This document shows positions 14,407 through 28,547 of a DNA stretch of 64,000 nt, piece by piece (position 1 is the first letter of the stretch; each line of letters opens with the position of its first letter). The translations under genes and the position numbers were made by a program. The notes under the pieces were generated by a model. The model ran no database searches and was not told where the DNA came from. It saw nothing but the letters and a program-made list of their open reading frames with translations. Origin of the DNA: Nageia nagi (taxonomy: Eukaryota > Plantae > Pinophyta); assembly GCA_050084985.1 (NCBI GenBank), contig JBITNC010000002.1:16430001-16494000 (forward strand), in the 5' to 3' direction.

Positions 14407-14645
14407 GTCCATGGCGTTGGTTTGATGAGTCTATGCTGGATTGCTGTGAACCTTTGGAAAAAGTCAAAGTTGATGGTATTTCATTTGGAAAAGTTGCATG
14501 TCTAGCCCACTGTGCTGGAGCCAAGGTTGACGCTTTTCGAACTAATCAAAGTTCTCTTGATGATTTTCGGAGATATGTTGCAAAGTGTGCTTCATCTGAG
14601 GATTGCCATGTCATTGCATCATATCATAGAGCCCCATTCAAACAG
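14407..14645 (+). CDS. PCS: Phytochelatin synthase internal exon ([21 protein letters not shown]...YHRAPFKQ)
   Basis: Diagnostic PCS N-domain sequence; tttcAG acceptor and GTgtg donor. Confidence 0.95.
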
Positions 14646-16900
14646 GTGTGGTTTTTGTGAATTTTAGTTTTCCAAAATTGTTCAGACATTTAGTATGGTT
14701 TTGTTACTTGTTCTCCTGATATCATTATATGTTCTCATGGCAAAAATATGGAGGAGTAATAATGCAATGTTGGACTTGAATGTCTAATTGTAATTGCCAA
14801 CTGTTGCTTATTATTGCCTACCAATGCTTAAGTTCTTTTAATTTTTATTATTAGAAGTTTTATGTTTGCTTTTTCTTTTTCTTTTTTGTCGTGTAAAGTT
14901 TGGTAAACAGGATATCAGAAAACCAAAATATGTCATCAAATGGCTATAAAAGCTGGTAGATACTTCACAAGTTTCCAAAAAATCTATTGAAATATCAAGT
15001 AAAATTTGAAAAGGCTTCTCATATTTGTTCTGTTTATAGTTAATTTTTTAGTTCACAGCCTAGCTAGCATGCCAAATTGGCATATGAGCTCCCTTTTTGG
15101 TAGCTAGGGAGCTTTTCAGTTTACGTTGTATATCCTTTCAAATTTGCACGTCCTTGATTTGTGTTCTATCCAAATGATTTGGGATTTCCTCTTGTTGGTT
15201 AGTTGGCCTATCCTTAGACATTGGTCTCAGAGAGCTCTTTCTGATGGGATGGGGTTGCCAGATAGGGCCTTTTGTGTCCCGAATGGTATATCTAATTGTG
15301 ATTGCTATTTTGAGGAGACACCAATTGACTAGGTCTCCCACTGGGCTAAATGCGTGCCTGGGTTACAGATGTTATAATTAGTTGTGCCTACTATGCTTAA
15401 GCGTTATTACTGGACTAGGTCATCGGTGTTCATTTTACCTTAGGCTGCAAATGGTTCCTGACCATGGAAGACATTTCAAACCGGAATATATGAAACTCAG
15501 ATCCTTAATGGCCACATCAACAGTTGTCAAGAACAGAAAAACAGCATGTGGGGACAAAATTCACAAAAAGTGATAGGAGGAGAATAATATCTGATTAGGA
15601 GTTGATATGTAGCCATGTGCAGTCTCAATTCATTTTGTTTTCATTATCCAAGAATTTTCTCAATATTGATTCCAGGGAGTTGGGGGAGGGTGATTACTAC
15701 TCATACTACATTTCAGTTTGTTATATGTTCTGCATGTGAAGCTATCTTTTCTGATATCTGTTAGTATCATGGTTCCAACGTTGAAAGTTTGCACCCTTGT
15801 GCATCCTACATTTTTTCAAATTGTTCATTATGGTGCAACTATCTTCCAATTTGCTCAAACACCTCATGCATAAATTCTATGATGTGACTCCTGCATTCTT
15901 GTTTGATTCAGGCATGAAGAAGATATCAGTTAATCCCTTTGGTGACCTTCTAGACATAGTTTAGGATGTGATTTAGCTAAATGACCTATTCACGGAATTG
16001 TTGGATGTGAATTCATCTTGTTCTAAGGTAAGTTCAATAATCTTGGGTTGTTTCCAATAATATCATAAAATTATTCATACTCCTATTTGTTATCTTTGAT
16101 GATCTTTTTGGGGGATGATATGTGAAACTGTTCTGCAATTTGTTGTGTAATTTTTTCTAGCGTATTCCTGAAATGGCAAAAATCGTTGATGTCACTGTTA
16201 TCCTGATTGGCAGTCAATGCAATCTAACAACTTACATGCAATATAAAATAAGAAATTTTGTGTCTTTCAGCAAGGAATAAAATATGCCATCTTGGAAAAT
16301 ATGTCAACTACAGAAAATGTGAACCGGTTCCTGATTTCATTCTGGGCAATCCAAGAACAAAATCTGTTGCTGGTACCTACAACAGCCCGACTGGCACAGG
16401 AAATGGCTGATACAATTTAACACTTTGACATCAACCTCTTTCTAGCTGGCATGCTTGGCAACTCTCCACATATGATTTCACCTCTAGTTGTTTATGGTTA
16501 GTATAATTTCTCCTCTACCAATGTGAAGTTTCGCCTGGCAAATTGACCACCCTATGCTATTCTTGTTAAATTTTCTTTCATGGATCTGTCTGGACTGCTT
16601 ATGTAATTTGTTTTTGCAAAAAATACTATTGCTTGATGACAAAATCCAGAAACTGAGATATTTGCTTCCCATGTTTCATGGAAAGATTTAACACTTGCAA
16701 AATCTACAGCCTTCTTATGCTTATCAAGTTCTCCAGTCAAACTAAACTTGCTGACATGGCGGTTAACAAACTTAACCATTTACTTAGAGCATCAAACATC
16801 CTATCTGATCTACCTGACTGCTGCTTCAAAATGAATGAGAAGCTTTGGAGGTCTTTCACCCATTTCATCTTTTTGATTTAACATTCTTGATTGTTATGAA

Positions 16901-17304
16901 CATAGTGTTGAGACTTTGCAAGTCTTTAGAAGATTTTGAGTCCCGATTTGAGTTAGAGATAACAAGTCCAAAGTAATAGATTCTCAAGTTTTTTGAAGGC
17001 CCTATGAGTTTTTGTGAGCTTTTTCGAGCCCCACAAATTTATCTCTTAGACTCAACGAGTCCTTATCAGCTCAAAGAGGAAAAAAATTGCAAATCAATAA
17101 TTAAAAAACTGCACATTCCACACTTTTTTGATTTATTTATTATCACTTGTAGTGATAATTTGGTTAATGTTGTATGTTAGTGATGTGCCTTTGTTGAGGA
17201 CTATATCAAAAGTGAATCCTTTTTTTTAATTGCTAAATTATGTAATATCTACCAAGCTGTTGCGAATTTTTTTGTGACGTTGAAGTCCAAGTCTCAACAC
17301 AATG
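16901..17304. mobile_element. ~400-bp MITE, probably hAT-type
   Basis: 16-bp TIRs CATAGTGTTGAGACTT / AAGTCTCAACACAATG (1 mismatch). Flanks GTTATGAA/CCTAGGAA match only 5 of 8. Confidence 0.65.
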
Positions 17305-17723
17305 CCTAGGAAGCTATCAAGAAGAGTTGTGATCTGTATATGATACAAATTCCTCACATATCAGATGATGCTTTGACTCTTCAATGTTTGAACAAGTACA
17401 TAAAATTCCTGTGATGATTTTAGTATTTCTTATTTGTCTCATTCAGTTTTTCACTGAAGTAAGCTTCTTGTTTATCCTTATGAATTATTAGTCCCAATTT
17501 GCATTACGCTAGCATCACAGTTAGCTTGAAAGTTTGAAACATTTTAGTGAAATCAGGAAAGGTCAAGACTTAACTCTTTATAACCCTCTTCTAAAATCTC
17601 AAATCTTTTTTAATGTGCTCTTCTTACAGGTTTTTCTTTTTACAAGCAGTCTGCCATTATTTGTGATAGACTTCTTGCTAAAACAAACCTGCCCATGAAA
17701 ACTTCTTCCCTTAAATATATTCT

Positions 17724-20700
17724 TATCAGAGAATGCAATGCAATTTATTTTGTATTAAGGTAATGGATATTTATACAAATAATGAATAATTGAGCCCATG
17801 TAACAACAGGTACTCACAAGGCTGCATGTGAATTAACAAACTATAACAAACCAGATAAAAACAATAACTAACACATGCATGGGGATGAGGAGATGATGTA
17901 ATATATCAAACATTCCCCCCTCCCGCACCCCCCTCCCCCCAAATTGTTGTCTTGATGTTTGCAAATGAGAGATCCCTGAAATGTTTCAATCTTAAGCGGC
18001 TTAGTGAGAATATCTGCTCAATGTTATTCAATAGAACAAAATTCAAGCTGAATATTGTGTTGTTGAACATGTTCTTGTATGAAGTGGCATTCAACTTGAA
18101 TATGCTTTGTTCGTTCATGAAATACTGGATTACGAACGAGCTTGAGAACACTTTGATTGTCACAATAGAGGATTGTAGGCTGCTTTTGAGGTACTCCCAA
18201 TCCTTGTAGCAGGCAGCATAGCCAAATTGCTTCACAAACAACTCCACTTGCTGCCCAATATTCTGCTTCAGTTGAGGAATGTGCAACCGTGTTTTGATTC
18301 TTACTTCCCCAAGATATTAGACCAGATCCAAGAAAGAAGACATCCTGGTGTAGATTTTCTATCATCAATAGATCTTGCCTAGTCTGTATTTGTATATCTA
18401 GTCAAGAAGAATCGATTATTCTTCTTATATTCTAATCCATTGCTCACAGTACCACATATATATCTCAGTATTCGTTTAGCTGCTTTCCAGTGACATATCT
18501 TTGGTTCTTGCATGAACCGTGAAAAATAATTGACAACATAACTGATATCTAGTCTGGTGTAGGTCAAGTAGATCATATCTCCAATCATTTGTCTATAGAG
18601 TGTTGCATTCACTGGTGGAGATGTATCTAAAACGGATAACTGTAACCTTGATTCCATCGGTGTAGAAATGGGTTCGCAGTCAAACATTTGAAACTTATCT
18701 AGCAAATTCTTGTCATATTTTCTTTGAAGTACAAAAATATGATGCTCTATCTACCATACCTCTAAGTCGAGACAATAATTAAGCAGCCCAAGATCTTTCA
18801 TATTAAATGCCTTCTTAAGGTCATTCTTGGTTGATTCAATCAACTGCACCAAACTACCTGTGAATCTATGATGACTAAGTCATCAACATACACATTGAAA
18901 ATCACAACCTCCCCCTTGCTCCATAAGGCAAAGGTGTAGTTTGCCCCCCTGGTTTGGTGATATAAACCTTCTCCTTAAGATCACCATTAAGGAAGGCACT
19001 TTTCACATCTATTTGGTACACCTTTCATTCAAATTGTGCAACTAGAGCAAAAATCATTTTGATGGTTCTGATTTTTTTTTGTGGAGAAAATGTTTTCTCA
19101 TAATCAATCCCTTCTTTTTGGGCATAACCCTTAGCCACAAGTCTTGCGTTATACTTACCTATAATGACATCTGGCTTGTATTTGGTCTTGTAAACCCACT
19201 TACAACCTATGGCTTTCTTCCTTGATGGAAGATCAATAAACTCCCAAGTCTTATTTTTTTATTAAGGATTGATATTTTGCATCCATGACCTCCTTCTAAA
19301 GCTTTGATTCTAGTGCTTCCTGAACAATAGAAGGCTCAAAATTATCAACTATAGAGCTCATAAATGCTAGATTTACCTCATTGCGAGCCATGCTGCAAGT
19401 CCTTGGTCCTGATGATGAATTTGGGACAATCATGAATGGTACTAGTGTACCACTTGGGTATGAGTTGTGTAACAAATTGATTATCGACATTCCCATCTTA
19501 AGCATCCACAACCTTATCACTTTTCTCATCAATGAAGCGAGGAGCACTATCTGGAGTAGGTGTTGATGTGGAAGGTGAGCTTGACTCATTCTCTTCATCA
19601 AAAATGACATCTCTACTGATGTAAATCTTCTTTGTGGTAGGATCCATAAGTCAATAAGCTTTTGATTTATTGCTACACCCAAGAAGAATTCATTTCCTGG
19701 ATTTCTCATCAAGGTTCTTTCTCTTTTCCTTGGGAATATGCATGTATGTAGTACAACCAAACACACGAAGATGAGCTATGGAAGGCTTAAATCTATCCAT
19801 GCTTCCTCTAGTGTGATGGCATCAAGGGATTTGGTTGGTGCACGATTTAGTAGATAGATTGTTGTGTGCACAACTTCTGCCCAAAATGCCTTTTCCAAAT
19901 AAGAATCTTTTAACATGCTACGTGCCATTTCCATGATGACACAATTACATCATTTTACAATTCCATTTTGCTGAGGGGTGTAAGCTGCAGTTAATTGATG
20001 ACAAATTCCATTTTGTTTCAAGTAGGTGGAGAATTTTGTGTTGTTGAATTCTCCCCTTGATCTGAGCGAAGCACATGAATACGATGATTGGATGCTTTTT
20101 CCACAATAGTTTGAAACTCTTTAATGTAGGAGAAGCTTCATCTTTAGTCTTCAATTAATATTTTCTTGTATGATCACAAACAAAAACTGAAAATATTTGA
20201 AACAACTTACACTTGTCATGGGTCTGTACATATTGACGTGCACTCGTTGCAAAGGTTCACTTGCTTTATGCTCACTTGTGTTGAAGGGTGCTTGATGTTG
20301 CTTTCCAACAATACAATTGGAACAAATAGCACTCGTCTTCTGAAGAGAGGGAAGACCTCTCACCATATTATTCTTACTCAAAGTAAACAAATAGCAAATG
20401 CTCAAGTGACCAAACCGCCAATGCCAAAATGTAGCAAGATCATCATTCTTTGCTACCAAGGTTTGATTATTGTTGATGGTATCAAGCCTAAACATTTTTC
20501 CTACTCTAGAGGCATGTGCAACAATTTTTGAATTTCTAGATTTGTCTTTGATGAGACATTCCCTTTTTCCATCAATACTATCAAACTCGATTCTCAAATT
20601 ATGATTGAGAAATTGGTTGACAATAGAAGATTTTTGGTTAGTCCTGGAACATATAGCACTTCTATAATCATGCAATGATGTGTGCCAAATTGTAAAGATA

Positions 20701-21931
20701 TTTCACCAATATCTTGAATATCATAGGTGGTATCATCTTCGATAGAAACTTTGCTAGGATGAGGTTTTATTGTTAGAAACCACTCCACTCCAGTCATGTG
20801 CTTTGTAGGACCTGAGTCCACATACCAAATTGAATTTTTGTGTGAACCATCGTCGGAATTATGGGAAGTGAAGACAAACTCATTAGATTCATTTTCTTCA
20901 ACAATGTTGCCATGCTGTCATTTTTTGTTCTTTGGAGCCCATCTTGGATTGCCACCTTGAGAGGATTGCTTTTGATGCATCTTATTGTTGGATGAACCTT
21001 ATGCCAAGGAGTTGTACAAATAATGCTTCCCATCATGTCTAGTCTTCTCACAAATTGAACATTGCAACTGGGAACAAGATTGATTCTGATATTTGGGAGG
21101 TACACCATTACACTTTATAGGCTTCTTGGCTTTTTGGTGTGTGGTCATAGCATGATCCTCATTATGTTCTTGATTCACCAATTCCTCTTTTTGGAGTTGG
21201 TTTACCAACTTCTCAAAGCTAGGTGTTTGTTTTGTGACATTCAAGGTTGTCACAAATACTTCATACTGTGGTGGCAATGCTCTTAGAACAACAAGTACTC
21301 ACAAAGCTGCATGTGAATTAAAAAACTAGATAAGAACAATAATTAACACACACACATGGGGATGAGGAGATGATGTTATATATCCAACATTTCCCCCCTT
21401 CTTAAATCATTGTCTCCAACTATAATCTCCATGAAGATCAGCAATGCACACCAAGAGCGCACATGCATCAATAGCAAGATAGCCAATGCGTAAAAAGGTG
21501 GAATAAATAGTTCTGCATTTGCAACACGTCTATATTTGAACGGGGTGTGCCCACGATGGACAAGAGTTTTAGACGAACATAACAAGGATCATGGCTGCAG
21601 GATTCACATCAGCTGGTCTCATCTTCTGCTACACATTAGTTCGCGTTCCCAATCTACTTCATCGCTTCCCTAGATAGATAGTTCGTTTGATGGCACATCC
21701 ACCATTTCAGTGGCGGCCTAGGGGTAGAATGCTTTGATACCATATCAAAGAATGCAATCTGATATATTTTGTATTAAGGTAATGGGTATTTATACAAACT
21801 ATGAATGATAGAGCTTGTGTAACAATAGGTACTCACAAGGTTGCATGTGAATTAACAAACTATAACAAACCAGGTAAAAACAATAATTAACACACACATG
21901 GGGATGGGGAGATGATGTAATATATCCAACA
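17724..21931 (-). mobile_element. Ty1/copia LTR retrotransposon, degenerate, with short (189-bp) LTRs and an extra internal LTR piece
   Basis: LTRs at 17724-17912 and 21743-21931, perfect TSD ATTCT, PBS TGGTATCAAAGC (21731-21742, minus), PPT at 17913. Copia domain order gag-PR(DSG)-INT(WHWRFGH)-RT-RH(SSTEAEY, TKHI). Confidence 0.92.
21287..21389 (-). repeat. Third, partial LTR copy inside the copia element, with its own PPT (21390-21400)
   Basis: Matches the LTR segment AACAACA.GTACTCACAA...GATGATGT.ATATATCCAACA. Confidence 0.85.
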
Positions 21932-22249
21932 ATTCTTGGATGTTGACTAGTCCAAAGTTGCTTGGATATTGTTTTGGCCCCATCTTTAATCCATCTTTGA
22001 TTTGTAATGGCTCATCTCCTTTAATCCAATGATAGAAGGCAAAGTCATGAGTTGAACAATGAAGACAAACAATCTCAAAGACCAACTTGTGCATGTATGA
22101 TTTGGGTTGCAAACTCACCTCTCCAATGGATGCAAGAGCTTGTTGCCAACCTTGGCTTGTAAGTAGGCAATTCTAATGATTTGATTGCTGTGGAAGGTGA
22201 ATTGACAATTCATGTTCGAGGAAGTTGAACTATCACTTGGGAATGCGCT

Positions 22250-25200
22250 ATTGCTACCATATCTTGCTCCTTTGTTGAGCTATTTGATGAGCTGCCCTCA
22301 TCATCCAACTAAAGAGCTTGCGATGGCACTCCAATCAATCCCTCCATATCATCATCATCCTCAAGACAACTTGCCTCTTTTGGATCAACATCCCACCATG
22401 CAGTTGGACTAGCCTTATACTTTGGCCTAATTCTCTTTTGAAGGTGAAGAGAGGTATGCATTGCAACTATTTTCTCCACTTTAAGAGAGGTAAGTATGTT
22501 CATCTTCAAACTATGTCTGAAGTCATAGGTGGACCAATTTCTCTCTACAAAAGATTAACTACCAAATTACAAAAGTATTTGATATATTTTATTATACATT
22601 TTAATTATGTGAGAAACAATCATTCAAATACTTAATGGGATCTTCGAATTTGAGAAAGGAGCTTGATTGCAAGTTGCTTCAAATGTGGAGCATTATCCCT
22701 ATACAAATCCCACCATCCAATGGAATCTCTTTGGGCAATGGTATCCCTATCCTCTTTGCATTTTGGTTGGTTGAAACGAGAACCCCAAAGTCTTGTAAAT
22801 TTCACAAACTCATCTTTAATTATTGCAACCTCTTTTCTTCAAATACATCTTTTAAGGCAATCCTTGAACCCATGTTTTACCTTAGGATCCTCATTAGATG
22901 CCCTTCTTTGAGTCATAGGTGCATACCACTTTGGATTCAATGCATATGCAGCCATATGTAAAGAGATATTGATCCCATTCCACCTACAAGAAATAAAAAA
23001 ATAAAGTTAAAAAACTACATGAATAATAAACAATCCAAATTGAAACTACAATCGACAATCAACATTTGTTACCTATTCTCTTTAATGTGTCTAATTTGGC
23101 TTTCATAATAAGGAGGATCTTTAGTAGAAATTATCTTTTTCATTTCCCCAAGCATGTTGTCAAAAGTTCGATATATCTCTCCTAGATTACGAGAATTTGT
23201 ATCAACATATCTTATTACTGCAACAAATGAAAGATACAATGTACTTATAAGAAATAAAAAACCTACATGAACAATCAATAATCCAAATTGAAACTACAAA
23301 AGTGAAACTTCATTGATTTCAAGTCTTTAACATTTGTGACCTAGCTTGAGCCCAGTAATTCTCATCCAAGACTTTATCTCTAAGTCTGTTTCCCTCCTTT
23401 GTTTGAGATTCTGACCATCTCTTCCATTTTGCGGAAACTACCATGCCCTGCAGTGCCATTTGCACCTTAATTAACCTCGCTAATAAAATGAAATAAGTGG
23501 CATATGTCGTATCTCCTAGTTTTCCTTCTTTGAGAAGGAGTGAAAGAGGGCCAATAGAATGTGATTCTTGCAAATAAACGTTTGCAAGTCTCTAGCTTCT
23601 ACAACCATATTCCTCAGTCAAACCATCTTCTCAATGTCCTTCAATGCATGAATGCAACACGGGGTCCAAAATTTATGTGTATGAGTGTTCTCTATCAGTT
23701 TACTTGGATGTTGACAAACATGAGTTGCATTTGTAATTACTTCTACAACAAAAAATATTTAGTATTTGTATTTGCACAACAAAATACTAATAACATCATT
23801 TGAATTCACAAAAAAAATGAAAACTAAAGTGATTACCTGCACAACATTGGAGGATCCAACGTTCTCAATAGCCTCCTTCAACATGAGTAATTGGAACTCT
23901 GCATCTTCCCTTTTCCTTGAGCAATCAATAGCTTGAAGAAAATAAGGACCCTCTCAACATGTCATAATAATGTTGATGAGTGGACTTGACGAATGTTAGT
24001 CCACCTCCACCTATCCATGATAATGGAATAACCACTATTCAACCATTTTGCCTTCATCTCTTGCATCATCAAATTGCACTTGGTATATTACTTCTCCAAA
24101 AGAGATGTATGAAGTCTAGTCTCTCCAGATGGTACATACAAAGGGCCTGCCTTGCTTAATTTTTCGAATGCAACATTGAAGTAAGGTGAGCATGCAAAAT
24201 GGAAAGGTAACCCATGTGCATAAAAAAACAGTGCTACAAGATGATCAACTACCTTTTTTGCTTACAAGTTAAGCACATCAACTATGTTTCATCTTTTTGT
24301 TGAGGGTACTGTAGGACTTGGCAAACTAGAAGTAAAATGATGAGTTTCTGGTTTTGCGGACGATGAAGATCCATGGGCAAGTACATAATCTTGGCCATGT
24401 ATAGGAATAGAAGTCTTAAATCTCTAAGTCTAGCCTCTTGCACAAGCCTATTGGTTTCTACAAATTGGAATTTGTTCATGATTTTATACACCTGCACCCA
24501 TGTCCTTGGTTTGTTTAGAAGATGTAACTCAACCCTAGTATAACTGCCTTTAAATTCAATGGTACAAAAGTGCCATCTCCAAGTTCTTCCTCCCCCAACA
24601 ATTTTTTTCCTTGGTCTAAGTTTTTGACAAATTGAAACAATGTTTTTTTTTTTTTAATATTAAATGGTCCTTTAGCAAAGCTTTTCAACATTGGGCATTG
24701 ACAATCATAAGTGTGCATTGCTTCCCCTCCAAAAGTTTATGATTGTTGGACATTTCCTCCCCGCATTTGAGTTTCTGACTCATAACCAAGGTTCCACAAG
24801 AATGTTTTCCTCCCTTGGAGGGGTGTTCCCATTTTGGGAACAACTGGAGGAGTGCTTTCTTTTTTGGGGGAATGGAGGGGCCGTTCTTGGGAACACCCTA
24901 GGAAAGGGGGGTATTAACTCCTCATGCCCCTAATGGGAACAAGAAGGCGTTCTCCCTACATTTGGGTAGCCAACCAAAACTCAAATTAAAAAAAAAAAGC
25001 CAAAATCATATGGGGGTGGGACCCACCAATTTCCTCACCCCAAACCCTAAAAGCAACTTCTAAAAACATACAAACATAAGAACATTTTATTTTATGTAGC
25101 CAAAAAGAAAATACAACAATGAGAAGAAATAGACCACATTGAGGAAGAAAAAGATCTTAATGAAGAAGAGAAAGGCAATTACCAAGGAAGAAGCAACAAA

Positions 25201-28200
25201 GCCTAAGCGTATTTCACGATTTCTTATTTTACTACCTTGTTTATTAAAAAATTTCCAATATGAGTGATAGTGAGGGTTATGAGACAAAAACTCAAACTTT
25301 TGGAGAGGGGCAGCAGTACCTCCACTTATAATTGTCCGCCCCTAAGGTTGAAAAGGTTTGGTAAAGGACTATTTAATACAAAAAACTTTGCTTCAATTTG
25401 TCACAAACTTAGACCATGAAAAAAATTGCTAGGGAGGAAGAACTTGGAGATATCTTGTTTGTACCATTGAGTTTAGAGGCAATTATAGTAGGTTGAGTCA
25501 CATCTCACAAAAAAACTACGGATAGGGGAGAGAGTGTGTAAAAACATGAACATATTCCAATTTGCATAAGCTAATATGTTTGTGCAAGTGGCCAAACTTA
25601 GAGATTTAGGACTTCTTATACCTAAATCTGGCCAAGTTTTTGCAACTTCCCATGGATCTTCATAATCCTCAATACAACAATGTCATCCTTCTACTTTTAG
25701 TTTGCTAAGTCCTATGTCACCTTTAAAAATAGAGGAAATGTCGTTGATGCAGTTAACTTGCAAGAAAAAGAGGTAGTTGATGATGCTATAGAAGTGTTTT
25801 TTATGCACATGGGTTGCCTTTCTATCTTGCATGGTCATGTTACTTCAAGGATGTATTTGAAAAAGTAAGCAATGTAGGGGCTTCATATGTATTGCTTAAA
25901 GAGACAAGACTTCGTACTTCTCTTTTGGATAAGTAATATTCCAGGTGCAATTTGATGATTTAGGAAATGAAAATGACATGGGTGAATAGTTGTTGTTCTA
26001 TTATCATGGATGGGTTGATTGACATTCGTCAACTTCAACTTATCAACATTATTGTAATACATTCAGAAGGTCCTTATTTTCTTCAGGCTATTGATTGCTA
26101 GGGAAAAACCAAGGATGCAAAGTTCCAATTCTTCTTGTTGAAGGAGGCTAATGAGGAGGTTGGATCCTCCAATGTTGTGCTGATTTGAGGTATATACCCC
26201 CAAGATTTACAAGATATACCTCCAAAGTATGTGGTTGAATTTCGCTAGAGGATAGCCACATCCTTTTATCAAACCAATATATACGAGATATGCAACTTAT
26301 TTTATACTATTAGAGAGGACTATTGAGGTGCAAGAGGCACTACAGGGCATGATAGTATCCATAGAATGGAAAAGGTGGTCAAAATCTCAAACAGAGGAGG
26401 GAAAAAGACTTAGAGATAAAATTCTTGAATGAGGATTGGTGGGCCCACTCTAGGTAACAAAACTTGAAGACTTGAAATTAATGAAGTTTCACTTTTATAG
26501 TTTCAATTTGGATTGTTGATTGTTCATGTAATTTTTAAACTTTTTTTTTTTAATTTCTTGTAGGTACATTGTATCTTTTATTGCCCCAGTTGTTGCAGTA
26601 ATAAGATATGTTGATATAAATCCTTCTAATTTAGGAGAGATATATGGAACTTTTGAAAGTGTGCTTGGGGAAATGAAAAAAATAATTTTTGCTAAAGATC
26701 CTTCTTTTTATGAACGCCAAATGAGATCCATTAAAGAGAAAAAGTAACAAATGTTGATTGTAGTTTCAATATGAATTTTTTATTGTTCATATGGTTTTTA
26801 AACTTTATGTTTTTATTTCTTGTAGGTTGCATAGGATGAATACCTTTTTTTCATATGGTTGCATATGCATTGAATCCAGATTGGTATGCACCTAAGATTG
26901 CGAGAATGACACCTATTGAAGCTCTTGTGGTGAAAGATGAATTTATGAATTGCCTTACAAAGATGTATTCGAAGGAGGGGGTTGCCATAATTAGAAATTA
27001 GTTTATGAAATTTACAAGACCTAGGGGTTCTCATTTCAACAAAAGGAGGATAGGGCTACCGTTGCCCAAAAAGATCCCATTGGATGGTGGAATCTATATG
27101 GGATGATGCTCCACACATGAAACAACATGCAATTAGGCTCCTTTCTTAGGTTGGTAGATCCCATGAAATATTTGAATGATTGTATTTGTTTTTCACATAA
27201 TTATATTGTATAATAAAATATATCAAATGCTCTTGTAGGTTGGTAGTTCATCTGCTGTAGAGGGAAATTGGTTCACCTATGGCTTAATTCACATTTTGTA
27301 GAATGAATAGGCTAGTCGCAATAGATTCCTCTCTTAGCCTTCACGAAAGATTGAAGCCAAAGTGCCATGCTAGTCCAATTGCATGGTGGGATGTTGATCC
27401 ATAGGAGTCAGGCTGTCTTGAGGATGATGACAATGTGGAGGGGTTGGTTGGATTTTCATTGCATGCTCCTCAATTGGATGATGAGCGTAGCTCATTAAAG
27501 GAGTAGGGTATGCTACCAGTAGGGCATGAGCCTATAGAGCCACAGTTTTGATTTTGACATTTTGGATTTTGATATTTTCATGTCAAAGTGTAGTCTATGT
27601 TTTTAATTTTACAGTTTTAGTACTATGATCTTCGTATTGCTGATTTCACATCTATCATTATGTACTAGACTGATTTAGATTTAATGACATTATGCTTTGT
27701 GATAATTGATTATGGCTTATTTTGATATTCTAATTCATAATTGATTTTTTAATTTCAATTTCAAGTTTTGTATATATGATTGAATTGATAATAATGATGA
27801 ATATTACACAATGAAATCTCAAAAATTTGGAAATTTTTACTAGAATTATACTTGTCGTTCCTTTGGCGTTCCCTAAAAATGACCTCCCTTGTTCCCCCAT
27901 TCCTAGATAAACGTTCCCCTGTATCCCTGTTCCCCAACCTTGTGGAACCTTGCTCTTTCCCTTTAGCATCACTCATATTGGAAATGTTTTTAATAAACAA
28001 GGTAGTGAAATAAAAAATAGTGAAATACGCTTGGGCTTCTTCCTTGGCTGTGTTTCTTCCTTAATTGCTGACTTTTTTTTCTTCATTGTTTTCTTTTTCT
28101 TCTTCACTGCCATCTTTTGTTTCTTGGCTGCATAAAATGAGATGGTTTTTTGTTTGCATGCTTTAATAAGTTACTTTTAGTGTTCGGTGAGGGTGAGGAC

Positions 28201-28547
28201 ATTGGTGGGTCTCACCCCTTATGATTTTGCCTATATTTTATAATATTTGAGTGAGATGTATTTTTGGCTGGCTTCCCACAACCAGGTGGACTGCCTAAAC
28301 ATTTTCAGTAATGGATGAGGAACAACCAGCCATTCATGGGAATGGTTTTCTTCGGAATGGTTGAGGAATGACTAGTCGTTCCCAAGAATGGGTGACTTTG
28401 GAAAGGTCAGTTGTTCCCTTCCTACAATAGGTTAGCTTGGAAGGAATGGTTCCCTTCATACCCTGAGCATTCTCAGGAATGGCCTTGCAGTTCCCCCAAA
28501 AATGGGAACGGGTTCGCCAAGGGGAAATGCATTTCCATGGAACCTTG
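22250..28547 (-). mobile_element. Degenerate hAT copy A (family of 50470-54352), interrupted by copy B
   Basis: Minus-strand transposase remnants at 22300-24786 with the same exon layout as the intact copy. The start codon region (MSDAKGKE) and 5' end resume at 27953-28547, ending in TIR ATGGAACCTTG. 3' TIR not found. Confidence 0.8.
24787..27952 (+). mobile_element. Degenerate hAT copy B nested in opposite orientation within copy A
   Basis: TIRs CAAGGTTCCAC (24787) and GTGGAACCTTG (ends 27952). Plus-strand transposase remnants (GCSIIMDG-, SSAVEGNW-like) with stops. Confidence 0.85.
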
